This document shows positions 1 through 8,656 of a DNA stretch of 64,000 nucleotides, in pieces. Every line of letters begins with the position of its first letter. Position 1 is the stretch's first letter. The DNA lies in contig DALYEZ010000002.1 of the NCBI GenBank assembly GCA_031972295.1, forward strand, positions 9,596 through 73,595. Reading direction: 5' to 3'. The DNA comes from Minisyncoccota bacterium (GTDB lineage Bacteria; Patescibacteriota; Minisyncoccia; Phycocordibacterales; UBA5272). Both the position numbers and the translations under genes were made by a program. The notes below the pieces were generated by a model. The model had not been told where the DNA came from, searched no databases, and was given only the letters and a program-made list of their open reading frames with translations.

Positions 1-1385
1 AAGAGGCTCAAGCGATGATCTTTTTACTCGACTCAGACAAAACAGATCCTAGTTTAGAAGATATTCTCGCTTATGCAAAAGCAGAAACCCTTTCTGAGGC
101 GCGAGTTTTTTTAGAAAAAGAATTGTCACGTGAGAAAACACTTCTTGATTTGTATGAAAAAGTCGACAAACCACTCATTCCTTTGGTAGAGCAAATGGAA
201 AAGGTTGGTATCAAAATTGACGTACCGTATTTTGAAGCTCTTTCTGAAAAGTATCACGTAGAACTCGATGCGCTCGAGAAAGAAATCTGGAAACTTGCTG
301 GAAGAGAATTTCTCATTACTTCACCAAAACAACTCGGGGAAGTATTATATGACGAACTTCATCTAGGGGAAAAAATAAAAAAGACCGCCGGCGGTGCGCG
401 GAGTACAAACGCAGACATGTTGGAGTCTCTCAAAGAACACCATCCTATAATCCAAAAAATTCTTGATTATCGAGAAATTCAGAAACTTGTTTCTACGTAT
501 GTTGATCCGTTGCCAAAATTTGTAGACGCCGAAGATCGAGTCCATACCCATTATTTACATACAGGTGCTGCTACGGGACGCTTTGCATCTAAGGACCCGG
601 CTCTTCAGAACATTCCTGTCAAAACAGACCATGGCATGGCGATTCGAAAAGGGTTTGTGGCACAGGCTGGGCACACTCTTCTTTCTTGTGACTACTCACA
701 AATCGAACTTCGTGTCGCGGCTATCCTCTCAGGAGATGAGCACCTATTAGAAACATTTAAGAAAGGGGAGGATTCGCACGCATCTGTTGCCTCACGAGTA
801 TTTTCAGTGCCGATGGAAGAAGTTTCAAAAGATCAGCGTCGCATTGCTAAGGTTTTGAACTTTGGAATTTTGTACGGCATGGGTGTTAATGCGCTCAGGG
901 AAAATTTACAAAGTGATCGCAAGAGCGCGCAGGAGTTTTACGATGCTTACAAAGCAACATTTCCGACACTTATGGCATATCTTGAAGATGTGAAAGTTCA
1001 GGCTAGAAAAAATGGCTACACTGAAACCTTATTTGGTCGCCGTCGCCAATTAAAAATGCTTCATTCACCACTTCCTTTTATTCGAGCACAAGGCGAACGC
1101 ATGGCAATCAACGCTCCGATTCAAGGAACAAATGCAGACATTATGCGCATTGCTCTTATCGATATAACAGAAGCTCTCAAGAAAGAAAATCTTACTTCCC
1201 AAGTGCACCCAATTCTCCAAATTCACGACGAATTTATTTTTGAAGTTAAAAACGAATACATAGAAAGAGCAAAACAGGTCATTGTGCCTGTTATGGAGCA
1301 AGTTTTAGAAAAGCACAAAAAAGAAGCGAGCATTATTCCTATTTTAGTATCTTCTGACAGTGGGATTACCTGGGCTGATATTTAG
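1..1385 (+). CDS. polA: DNA polymerase I, C-terminal family-A polymerase domain (5' part lies outside the window)
   Basis: Translation carries pol A motifs: DYSQIELRVAAIL (motif A), RRIAKVLNFGILYGMG (motif B), QIHDEFIFEV (motif C). The ORF is open to the window edge. Confidence 0.9.
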   Translation, partial: EAQAMIFLLDSDKTDPSLEDILAYAKAETLSEARVFLEKELSREKTLLDLYEKVDKPLIPLVEQMEKVGIKIDVPYFEALSEKYHVELDALEKEIWKLAGREFLITSPKQLGEVLYDELHLGEKIKKTAGGARSTNADMLESLKEHHPIIQKILDYREIQKLVSTYVDPLPKFVDAEDRVHTHYLHTGAATGRFASKDPALQNIPVKTDHGMAIRKGFVAQAGHTLLSCDYSQIELRVAAILSGDEHLLETFKKGEDSHASVASRVFSVPMEEVSKDQRRIAKVLNFGILYGMGVNALRENLQSDRKSAQEFYDAYKATFPTLMAYLEDVKVQARKNGYTETLFGRRRQLKMLHSPLPFIRAQGERMAINAPIQGTNADIMRIALIDITEALKKENLTSQVHPILQIHDEFIFEVKNEYIERAKQVIVPVMEQVLEKHKKEASIIPILVSSDSGITWADI

Positions 1386-1392
1386 TTGTATA

Positions 1393-1884
1393 ATGCTTAT
1401 CATGAGTCAAGAGGGGCGAAGCGCGGAGAGAGCACACATTCATACCTACATACCAAGTCTGTTTATTATTGTCATGTCAGGATCTCTTATTATAGATGCC
1501 CTCTTTCCTAATCCAATCTATGCAACTATTTGGGCGTCAAAGATAGGATTTTTACTCTCCGTTGCCGGAAGTTTTCTTTTGTATGCTGCCCATGTAAGCT
1601 CAAAGAAGATACGGAGGGATGTAAACACGAAAGAAAATGGAGAAGTTAATTTTTTTGTTGGTCCATACGCGTATGTACGGCATCCGGGCTATCTCGGCAT
1701 GGTGTTAATTGGAACAGGTATGTCTTTCATATTCAACTCGACTACAATTCTTTTGAATACTGTTGTTTTCTATCTCATCGCGCGGATTATTGTGGTTCAA
1801 GAAGAAAAGCATTTACTTCATGAGGACTCTCATGTGAAAGAGGAGTATGGTAATTACACAAAGAAAGTAAATCGCTTTTTCTAG
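1393..1884 (+). CDS. isoprenylcysteine carboxyl methyltransferase (ICMT/PEMT) family membrane protein
   Basis: Multi-TM protein with VRHPGYLGMVLIGTG followed by a C-terminal EE..L...G..Y..Y signature. The ATG at 1393 lies after the polA stop overlap. Confidence 0.55.
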   Translation: MLIMSQEGRSAERAHIHTYIPSLFIIVMSGSLIIDALFPNPIYATIWASKIGFLLSVAGSFLLYAAHVSSKKIRRDVNTKENGEVNFFVGPYAYVRHPGYLGMVLIGTGMSFIFNSTTILLNTVVFYLIARIIVVQEEKHLLHEDSHVKEEYGNYTKKVNRFF

Positions 1885-1887
1885 CAT

Positions 1888-2577
1888 ATGCTTATTGTTA
1901 TCTCGGGGAGCGAAGAGTTGGCGCTTAATCAAAAGACAAAAGAAGTTTTGGAAAAGAGGGGATGGAATGATGGAGGTGTTTTGTATCACGACCTACCTTC
2001 TATAGATGCTTTGCAAGAATCTGCAGCATCGCAAGATCTTTTTGGTGACATGCCTGTGCATGTATTTCGTGAACTTGAAGACGATGTGTACGAATTTTTG
2101 TTCGAGAATATAGAGTTGTTTGCAAAATCTTCGAATGCGCTTATTGTCCAAGTTGCAAAAGTTTTAAAGAAACAAAAGGATATTTGTGCAAAAGCAGGTG
2201 TTGAGATTTTTGAAATAAAGAAAGCTGAAGCAAGAGAAATGCCGTCATTTGTGCTTGCGGATGCTTTTCTGCGGAGGGATAAAAAGGCAGCTTTCACGGC
2301 GCTTCATGATGAGCTTACAGCAAAGCCACCGGAAGAAGTTCATGGAGGTCTTTGGTATCAAATGAAAAACATGGCACTTATTCTCTCGGGCGCCACTGAA
2401 GAAGAGTCAGGATTACATCCATTTGTGTACAAGAAAATAAAATCTGCTAGTAAGGCATTTTCAAAAAAAGAGTGTGATGAAATTTTAAAAGAGCTTCTAG
2501 AAATAAACCACAAAGCACATCGTGGGGAAGTGGACTTTGAAATAGCACTTGAGCAGTTTGTGTTGAAACACACATAG
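1888..2577 (+). CDS. holA: DNA polymerase III delta subunit-like (short HolA)
   Basis: Size and C-terminal helical pattern (ALHDELTAK...GLWYQMKNM...ILKELLEINHKAHRGE) fit the delta-subunit family. Weak call, by similarity of pattern only. Confidence 0.4.
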   Translation: MLIVISGSEELALNQKTKEVLEKRGWNDGGVLYHDLPSIDALQESAASQDLFGDMPVHVFRELEDDVYEFLFENIELFAKSSNALIVQVAKVLKKQKDICAKAGVEIFEIKKAEAREMPSFVLADAFLRRDKKAAFTALHDELTAKPPEEVHGGLWYQMKNMALILSGATEEESGLHPFVYKKIKSASKAFSKKECDEILKELLEINHKAHRGEVDFEIALEQFVLKHT

Positions 2578-2624
2578 AGTACTGCTGGAAATTTACATAA
2601 AGATGTGTCATAATCGGCTCCAAT

Positions 2625-2697
2625 GCCCCTATAGCTCAGCTGGTAGAGCAACAGCCTTTTAAGCTGATGGTCGTAGGTTCGATTCCTACTGGGGGCA
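2625..2697 (+). tRNA. tRNA-Lys (anticodon UUU)
   Basis: GCCCCTA acceptor, D arm GCTCAGCTGGTAGAGC, anticodon loop CTTTTAA, T arm GTAGGTTCGATTCCTAC, 3' acceptor TGGGGGC + A; 73 nt. Confidence 0.85.
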
Positions 2698-2818
2698 CAA
2701 AATAAAAAAGAGCCTTAAACGACTCTTTTGTATTCGGAGCACGACGGCGCGAGTAATCGAGTGACTGTTTGCTATTTACCCATAAAAAGCATAGGCTTCA
2801 GACATAACAAATAAACAT

Positions 2819-3394
2819 ATGGGAAATTTTGATCGAGGTGGAAGACGAGAAGGTGGTTTTAAAGGAGGTAATGGTGGAGGCAAACCAGCTTTTCAAAAAA
2901 AGCCATGGGCTAACAATGATCGTGGTGGAGATGTGGCAATGCATAAAGCAACATGTAGTGAGTGTGGGAGAGCGTGCGAGGTTCCTTTCCGTCCATCAAA
3001 TGGCAAGCCGGTATTCTGTAAGGACTGTTTTGCTGGCAAAAGAGAACAAGAAAGCCGTGGAGCACGCCCTGAATTTGGAGACCGAGGACCAAAGAGAGAT
3101 TTTAATGATAAATTTGCACCGCGGTCTGAGTTCAAACCAGCTCCTGCAAACGATGAGGTAAAGAAACAACTAACAGATATTGGATACAAACTCGAACGAC
3201 TGCTTGCTTCAATGGATCGATTGGTGGATTCAGTAAAAAAAGAAGTGTCGGTTGCGAAACCTGCAGCTACAGTTGCTCCAAAAGTTGAAACAGTAAAAGC
3301 TCCTGCAAAAGTAGTTGCGAAGCAAGCTGCGAAAGTGGTGGTTGCAAAGAAAAAAGTTGCTGAAAAGAAAGTGGTAGCAAAAAAGAAGAAATAG
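2819..3394 (+). CDS. Gly/Arg-rich zinc-ribbon protein (CxxC-x17-CxxC, zf-trcl-like) with Lys/Ala-rich basic tail
   Basis: N-terminal RGG-like repeats (FDRGGRREGGFKGGNGGG), a C-SECGRACEVPFRPSNGKPVFCKDCF zinc ribbon, and a C-terminal AKKKV/KVVAKK histone-H1-like tail. Likely nucleic-acid binding. Confidence 0.5.
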   Translation: MGNFDRGGRREGGFKGGNGGGKPAFQKKPWANNDRGGDVAMHKATCSECGRACEVPFRPSNGKPVFCKDCFAGKREQESRGARPEFGDRGPKRDFNDKFAPRSEFKPAPANDEVKKQLTDIGYKLERLLASMDRLVDSVKKEVSVAKPAATVAPKVETVKAPAKVVAKQAAKVVVAKKKVAEKKVVAKKKK

Positions 3395-3458
3395 GTTTTA
3401 TCTACAATACATAAAAGCCTTCACGTGAGGGCTTTTATGTATTGGGGTATGATGTACT

Positions 3459-4205
3459 TTGCATATGTCGTATTTTGTATATATTCTTGAATGCGCCGAC
3501 ACATCTTTATATGTAGGCTCTACAAACGATTTGCAGAAAAGATTGAAAGAGCACAATGGCTCCAAAAATGGTGCGCATTACACAAAAATACGAAGACCTG
3601 TCGTTTTGCGTTATAGTGAAGAGCTTACAACATACGGAGAATCTCGAAGTCGCGAGGCAGAAATAAAAAGAATGAAACGAAAAGAAAAACTAGATTTAAT
3701 AAATACAAAAGGTGTTGGAAAAAATGATGCCTTTACGCACCCCGTTGTTCTTTTGCTCGACAATGTTCGCAGTGTGCAAAACGTCGCTTCACTTTTCCGC
3801 ATTGCTGATTGTGTTGGGGTACAGAAAATTATTTTAGGTGGGATTACTCCAGGTCCCCTTGATCGCTTCAATCGGCCACGAAAAGATTTTGCTAAGATTT
3901 CTCTCGGGGCAGAAAAAAGTGTTGGGTGGGAATCGGTAGAAAATATACCAACGATAATTAGAAAGTATAAAAAAGAGGGATATGCTGTTGTTGCACTTGA
4001 GCAGTCAGAAAAATCTATTCCGTATACAAAATATAAAATCACGCAGCCAACACTAGTTGTGGTTGGCACGGAAGTAGAAGGTGTTTCAAAAGAAGTTTTG
4101 AAGCTGTGCGAGTCACATCTTGAGATTCCGATGGTAGGGAAGAAGGAGTCGCTTAATGTTGCTGTCGCAACAAGTGTTCTTTTGTTTCAGTTGCGAGATA
4201 ATTAA
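3459..4205 (+). CDS. fusion protein: N-terminal GIY-YIG nuclease-like domain + C-terminal SpoU/TrmH (SPOUT) RNA 2'-O-methyltransferase domain
   Basis: The N-terminus YFVYILECADTSLYVGSTNDLQKRLKEHN...HYTKIRRPVVLRY matches the GIY-YIG (UPF0213/YhbQ-like) pattern. The C-terminus LLDNVRSVQNVASLFRIADCVG ... VVVGTEVEGVS ... EIPMVGKKESLNVAVATSVLLFQL carries the three SPOUT motifs. Confidence 0.6.
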   Translation: MHMSYFVYILECADTSLYVGSTNDLQKRLKEHNGSKNGAHYTKIRRPVVLRYSEELTTYGESRSREAEIKRMKRKEKLDLINTKGVGKNDAFTHPVVLLLDNVRSVQNVASLFRIADCVGVQKIILGGITPGPLDRFNRPRKDFAKISLGAEKSVGWESVENIPTIIRKYKKEGYAVVALEQSEKSIPYTKYKITQPTLVVVGTEVEGVSKEVLKLCESHLEIPMVGKKESLNVAVATSVLLFQLRDN

Positions 4206-4489
4206 GGTTGAGTAGTTGAGCTAAATCCTGGAACCTTTGGAAATTCCCCATACGTCTCAAAACTTTTATAGTCTTTTGTTGGACGAATAAATATTCCTTG
4301 GTTACTTCTTTCAAATCGTTGTACGCCACCTGTGACATACCATAAAAGCCAAGCGAGAACGAAGATAGTAACAACTCCCCAAAAGGAACTTGCGAAGTCG
4401 TGGAAGATGAAAAAGAGGGCAACGAAGGCGATGAGAATGAATAATGCAAATAAAGCCATATCTAATATTGTACCTGACAAACAGGGCAA
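4202..4489 (-). CDS. small two-TM membrane protein (hypothetical)
   Basis: 95-aa ORF with two clear hydrophobic helices. It overlaps the mutM 3' end by about 28 nt. No family recognised. Confidence 0.3.
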   Translation of the reverse strand: MPCLSGTILDMALFALFILIAFVALFFIFHDFASSFWGVVTIFVLAWLLWYVTGGVQRFERSNQGIFIRPTKDYKSFETYGEFPKVPGFSSTTQP

Positions 4490-5346
4490 AAGTGAGTACT
4501 ACGTGCACCAACGATAATTCGTTCAATAATCCCTTTGCATCCGCGACGCAAGCAAAATTTTCCTTTACGTTGATATACCTGATGATGCTTGTGAGAAACA
4601 CCAGCTTCACCGTGAATATTTCTGTAGTCTGATGTTGAGTCGCCACCAAATAGAAGTCCATCACGTAAAACTTTTTGAGTATTTTTAAATAGAACAGCGA
4701 AGAGTTTTTGCGGAATGTTTTGTACTCGAGATTCAGGATGAACTCTTGAAAGCCATAAGAGTTCGTCGGAATAGATGTTTCCAATGCCAGCAATGACGCT
4801 TTGATCTAATAAAACCTGCTTTATTTTTCCGCGAGGCTTGCTTTGCATTTGTCGAGCAAAAAGTATTGCGGTTGTATCTACATCGAGTGGCTCGGGCCCG
4901 AGGTGTGCAAGAAGTGGCGAGTGAGGAAGATGTTCAGTAACTTCAATTGAAATCTTGCCAAACTTCCGAGCATCACAAAAAACGAGTGATCGGCCATCTT
5001 TCAAAGTAAAGACAACATGAATAAAACGATTAAATGGATCGGCAAGCGCGCCCTTTTCTTCCGGTACAAATCCGAGTTTTGTTTTTCGGTATTTTCCAAC
5101 CATCAAATGTCCCGTCATCTTCATGTGCACAATAATTGTGTGTTTATTTGAAAGATGAATCAGAATATGTTTTCCACGGCGTGAGGCATTCTTTATAGTT
5201 GCGCCACGAACTATTTTCCGTACTTCTTTGTAGGAATTATTTCGAAACATTCTTTCCCAGTTGTGACAAACATCAAGAATGACCGCGCCCTTAAGTGTCT
5301 CGTTTATTCCATTTACTGTCGTTTGAACTTCCGGCAGTTCGGGCAT
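4462..5346 (-). CDS. mutM: formamidopyrimidine-DNA glycosylase (Fpg/MutM)
   Basis: Canonical MPELPEV N-terminus (catalytic Pro2/Glu3), H2TH region, and a C-terminal CxxC...CPVCQ zinc finger. Confidence 0.9.
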   Translation of the reverse strand: MPELPEVQTTVNGINETLKGAVILDVCHNWERMFRNNSYKEVRKIVRGATIKNASRRGKHILIHLSNKHTIIVHMKMTGHLMVGKYRKTKLGFVPEEKGALADPFNRFIHVVFTLKDGRSLVFCDARKFGKISIEVTEHLPHSPLLAHLGPEPLDVDTTAILFARQMQSKPRGKIKQVLLDQSVIAGIGNIYSDELLWLSRVHPESRVQNIPQKLFAVLFKNTQKVLRDGLLFGGDSTSDYRNIHGEAGVSHKHHQVYQRKGKFCLRRGCKGIIERIIVGARSTHFCPVCQVQY

Positions 5347-5347
5347 A

Positions 5348-5911
5348 CTATTTTGCTAAAAGTTTCAATGCGGTTTTGAGTTTATCGCCAGTTTCACCGT
5401 CGCCAACTTGATTGAGTAGGGGGCGAATGTCAGAAAGAGAATACCCAAGGCTTTGAAGCGCGTCGATAAGCTCACTGTGACTGCTTTGGTTTGCAAAAGA
5501 AACGTCTGCTTGGGCTGAGAGTTTGTCTTTGAGCTCAACAACAATTTTCTCGGCAGTTTTCTTTCCAATACCAGAAACTTTTGTGAGGTAGTGTACGTCG
5601 TTGTTTGCGATTGCAGTGCGTAGGTCGCGCACTGATCCGAGACCAATAATGCCAAGCGCCCCTCGTGGACCAACGCCAGATACAGAAATAAGTTCTTCAA
5701 AAAAAGCTTGCTCGTCTTTTGAAGCGAATCCAAAAAGCTCAAAGGCATCTTCGCGAACAACGGTGTAAATCCAAAGGGCAGCCTCTTTTCCTACAACAAG
5801 TGAGGCAAGTGCGTTTGGTGAAGGGAAAACTTTATAGCCCACACCCTGTACCAAGAGTATGCAACTCTTTTCTTCTTGTGTAAGCACAACACCTTCAAGA
5901 TATCCGATCAT
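5348..5911 (-). CDS. ruvA: Holliday junction branch-migration complex subunit RuvA
   Basis: MIGYLEG start, HhH motifs (ISVSGVGPRGAL, TKVSGIGKKTAEKIV), and a C-terminal RuvB-interaction domain. Confidence 0.85.
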   Translation of the reverse strand: MIGYLEGVVLTQEEKSCILLVQGVGYKVFPSPNALASLVVGKEAALWIYTVVREDAFELFGFASKDEQAFFEELISVSGVGPRGALGIIGLGSVRDLRTAIANNDVHYLTKVSGIGKKTAEKIVVELKDKLSAQADVSFANQSSHSELIDALQSLGYSLSDIRPLLNQVGDGETGDKLKTALKLLAK

Positions 5912-5961
5912 GTATGCGTATTGTAGCATTGACTCTCGGTACTCGTAAGGTAATATGGAGT

Positions 5962-6567
5962 ATGGAATATCCTCTCAAAAACAAGAGAATGCCTCACGGA
6001 CTTCTGATTGTTGTTGGGCCGTCTGGTGCTGGAAAAACAACCCTCATACACGAACTTCTCAAGCTCTATCCCTTTGCCTCAAAAATAGTTACCTACAAGA
6101 CTCGTAAAAAACGCGATACTGAAAGGCATATGGAGGATTACTATTTTTGTAGTGAAGAAGAGTACTTTATGTTGAAGGATAAAAATTTCTTTGCTGAGTC
6201 TGAATGTGTGCACGGTGAGTGGTCGGGGACGCCAAGACATGAGCTTTCTAATCTGGAGGAAGTTTTCAAAATAATAAGTGTTGATATTCGAGGCGCGATT
6301 ACTTTGAAAGAAAAATACAGCAACGTTCATATATTTTTCTTGCGGACACCTTCAATGCAGGTTCTTGAAAATCGTTTACGCAAGCGTGCTCAGAATGACG
6401 AGAAGACTCTTCAGACAAGATTGCACAATGCGCAGGTAGAGATACAGATGGCAGAGGCTTCACAAAAGATAGACCTCTTTTTAGTTAATGATGACTTCTT
6501 GGACATGTTCGATCGTGCTCGAAAATATATAGAAACAAAAATGATAGGGGATACGGTTGCGAATTAA
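5962..6567 (+). CDS. gmk: guanylate kinase
   Basis: P-loop GPSGAGKTT, TTR-like YKTRKKRDTE...DYYF, and EVHGEWSGTP (GMP-binding) pattern. Confidence 0.8.
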   Translation: MEYPLKNKRMPHGLLIVVGPSGAGKTTLIHELLKLYPFASKIVTYKTRKKRDTERHMEDYYFCSEEEYFMLKDKNFFAESECVHGEWSGTPRHELSNLEEVFKIISVDIRGAITLKEKYSNVHIFFLRTPSMQVLENRLRKRAQNDEKTLQTRLHNAQVEIQMAEASQKIDLFLVNDDFLDMFDRARKYIETKMIGDTVAN

Positions 6568-6600
6568 CGGTTTTATGGTACTATAAGCAAACTATATTTT

Positions 6601-6864
6601 ATGGCAATAACAACTGGAGCTAAAAAGGCAATTCGACAAGGTGAGCGCAAGCGCGTGATGAACCTTCGCCGACAGAAGATAATGAAGGAGTCTGTAAAGG
6701 AAGTTTCAAAGCTCGTCGTGGCTGGTAAAAAAGCTGATGCAGAAAAGAACCTTAAAAAGGCATACCAAGCACTCGATAAAGCAGCAAAACGAGGAGTAAT
6801 CAAAAAGAATACTGCTTCACGAAAGAAGTCTCGACTCGCAAAGGCTATTGCAAAGATTAAATAA
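6601..6864 (+). CDS. rpsT: 30S ribosomal protein S20
   Basis: 87-aa basic protein MAITTGAKKAIRQGERKR...ASRKKSRLAKAIAKIK, typical of bS20. Confidence 0.9.
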   Translation: MAITTGAKKAIRQGERKRVMNLRRQKIMKESVKEVSKLVVAGKKADAEKNLKKAYQALDKAAKRGVIKKNTASRKKSRLAKAIAKIK

Positions 6865-6865
6865 A

Positions 6866-6896
6866 TAAAAAACCTCCAGAAATGGAGGTTTTTTAT
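6866..6896 (+). terminator. rho-independent terminator after rpsT
   Basis: Hairpin CCTCCAGAAATGGAGG followed by TTTTTTATTT. Confidence 0.7.
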
Positions 6897-7384
6897 TTAA
6901 GTAGTTTTTTATCAAGTTCTTGGGTCGCTTTTTGAATTTCAAGCCCTTCCTTCCTAATAGAAAATGGCGGTATCTCTTCGTTCTTGAAAAATCTTGGCAC
7001 AACCAGGCGAAGATGTTCAATGAGTATATTGTCACCAGGGAGCATTTTCAAAATGAATTCATCCTCAGAAAGATTGTGCCATGTATTATGAATCATCTCA
7101 TCTCCATCTTTGAATATTTGGTCGGGGACTTGAGTAAGGAAAAAAGTAATTTCTTTTTCACCTGCAGTTACATTTCCTATACAAACAAGATTTTCTGTCA
7201 CAACCCCAAGTTCTTCAAACAATTCTCTTTTAGCTGCCGAGAGTACACTTTCACCTGGTTCCACTTTTCCACCATACCCATTCAAGTATCCCGCTAGTGG
7301 TTTACCTACAGGTTGCTCACCAAGGAGAATCAAAACTTCATCATTCTTTTTGCAAATCGGGAAAACAACAGTGAATTGCTTCAT
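6893..7384 (-). CDS. NUDIX hydrolase
   Basis: Nudix box GYGGKVEPGESVLSAAKRELFEELGV. Confidence 0.75.
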   Translation of the reverse strand: MKQFTVVFPICKKNDEVLILLGEQPVGKPLAGYLNGYGGKVEPGESVLSAAKRELFEELGVVTENLVCIGNVTAGEKEITFFLTQVPDQIFKDGDEMIHNTWHNLSEDEFILKMLPGDNILIEHLRLVVPRFFKNEEIPPFSIRKEGLEIQKATQELDKKLLK

Positions 7385-7413
7385 GGACTAAGTTTAGCAA
7401 GATTGGGAAATTT

Positions 7414-7485
7414 GTGCTCTCGGCAGGAATCGAACCTGCATTTCTCCCTTCGCAGGGGAGTGTCCTATCCATTGAACGACAAGAG
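7414..7485 (-). tRNA. tRNA-Arg (anticodon GCG)
   Basis: Reverse complement GCTCTTG-TC-GTTCAATGGATAGGAC-A-CTCCC-CTGCGAA-GGGAG-AAAT-GCAGGTTCGATTCCTGC-CGAGAGC-A. C35 is present and the D-loop is identical to that of the second Arg tRNA. Confidence 0.75.
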
Positions 7486-7536
7486 CATTTAGTGCCTTGT
7501 ATACTACGCAAAAAGGCGCATATTGTCCATATTTTC

Positions 7537-8001
7537 TTAGAATCCAAGAACATCCATCAACCTTTCGGCGAGCGGAATCTCAAGTTCTGTTTCAGGAATC
7601 TTTTTTGCGCGAAAAACTTGTCGAACCCAATCTTTGTCCACATTGCCAAGCGGAATGGTGAGGATAGGAAAAGCAACACGGTTTATGTCTAATAAAAGAA
7701 GTGTGCCGAGTGAGTTTTTTACAACAGAGAAGCTCTTGATATTTCGAAAAGGAAAGAGAAGATTATCGCGAGCAAGTCCGTCTTCGCGAATGTTGTATGT
7801 ATGAAGTGAGGGAGGGATGTTGGCATGAAGGGCTACAGCAAACGCGGCAATGAGAATAAATACCGCAAAGAAAAAGTTGCCAAAGTAAAAGGCAAGTAAT
7901 GCACCAAGCACTGCTATTGCACCCAAAATCCAAAACCAGTCAGCTGTTTTTGGCTTGTGCTCGTATTCCAGTGCTTGCCACGAAAGACTCTCTTGATCCA
8001 T
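7537..8001 (-). CDS. hypothetical membrane protein
   Basis: 154 aa with two adjacent TM helices after an N-terminal cytoplasmic segment. No family recognised. Confidence 0.4.
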   Translation of the reverse strand: MDQESLSWQALEYEHKPKTADWFWILGAIAVLGALLAFYFGNFFFAVFILIAAFAVALHANIPPSLHTYNIREDGLARDNLLFPFRNIKSFSVVKNSLGTLLLLDINRVAFPILTIPLGNVDKDWVRQVFRAKKIPETELEIPLAERLMDVLGF

Positions 8002-8065
8002 TCTTTATATTGTAACAGATGTGTATAACAAAAGAGAGTAAAAATGTGAAGGCAAGGTACAATGT

Positions 8066-8593
8066 TTGTATATGGAAAACACAAACCAAACAAAAGAGTC
8101 GTTATTAAAACATGCACACGGTCTTGAAGCGCAGCTCGTGCCATTTTTTGCAAAGTTCCCACATATCCCAGAAGGAGGACGTAAGGTTCTTGCGGATATC
8201 ATTCCGTGGCTCGCACTTATTTTTGGAATTCTCGGACTCATCGCACTTCTTGGTGCGGGTGGAATTATGACACTTCTCGCCATCCCAGCACTTCTTACGG
8301 GGAATGTTTGGATTATTACGACGTTTATCACAACTGCAATTGGACTTGTTGCAACTATTCTTCAGCTTCTTGCTTTCAATCCCCTTAAAGCGCGAATGAA
8401 GAAAGGATGGAATTATCTTTTCTACGGACTTTTACTAGGCGCACTTTCGACGATTGTTTCTGTTATTGGTGGCGCCCTTGCAGCGTCTATTTATTCTGGA
8501 GCCGGAGCAGTATCTTCTTTGATAAGTGGAGCTATTGGATTTATTATTGGAGGATGGCTTCTTTTTGAAGTTCGAGATCACTTTAAGGCATAA
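8066..8593 (+). CDS. hypothetical integral membrane protein
   Basis: 175 aa with about 4 TM helices, Gly-rich. Followed by a terminator. Confidence 0.45.
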   Translation: MYMENTNQTKESLLKHAHGLEAQLVPFFAKFPHIPEGGRKVLADIIPWLALIFGILGLIALLGAGGIMTLLAIPALLTGNVWIITTFITTAIGLVATILQLLAFNPLKARMKKGWNYLFYGLLLGALSTIVSVIGGALAASIYSGAGAVSSLISGAIGFIIGGWLLFEVRDHFKA

Positions 8594-8604
8594 TTTTTCT
8601 CTTT

Positions 8605-8633
8605 AAAAACACCGTCGAGAGACGGTGTTTTTA
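8605..8633 (+). terminator. rho-independent terminator
   Basis: CACCGTCGAGAGACGGTG hairpin + TTTTT. Confidence 0.65.
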
Positions 8634-8656
8634 GTATGTGTGTATAATTTACAGTA

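Noticed and set aside
2358-2651. ORF track entry (97 aa, minus strand) beginning MLYQLSYRG
   Set aside because: It is the antisense translation of tRNA-Lys (the classic MLYQLSY artefact) and has no coding support.
7341-7692. Overlapping small ORFs 7341..7553 (-) and 7414..7692 (+)
   Set aside because: Both run through tRNA-Arg(GCG). Typical tRNA-spanning spurious ORFs.
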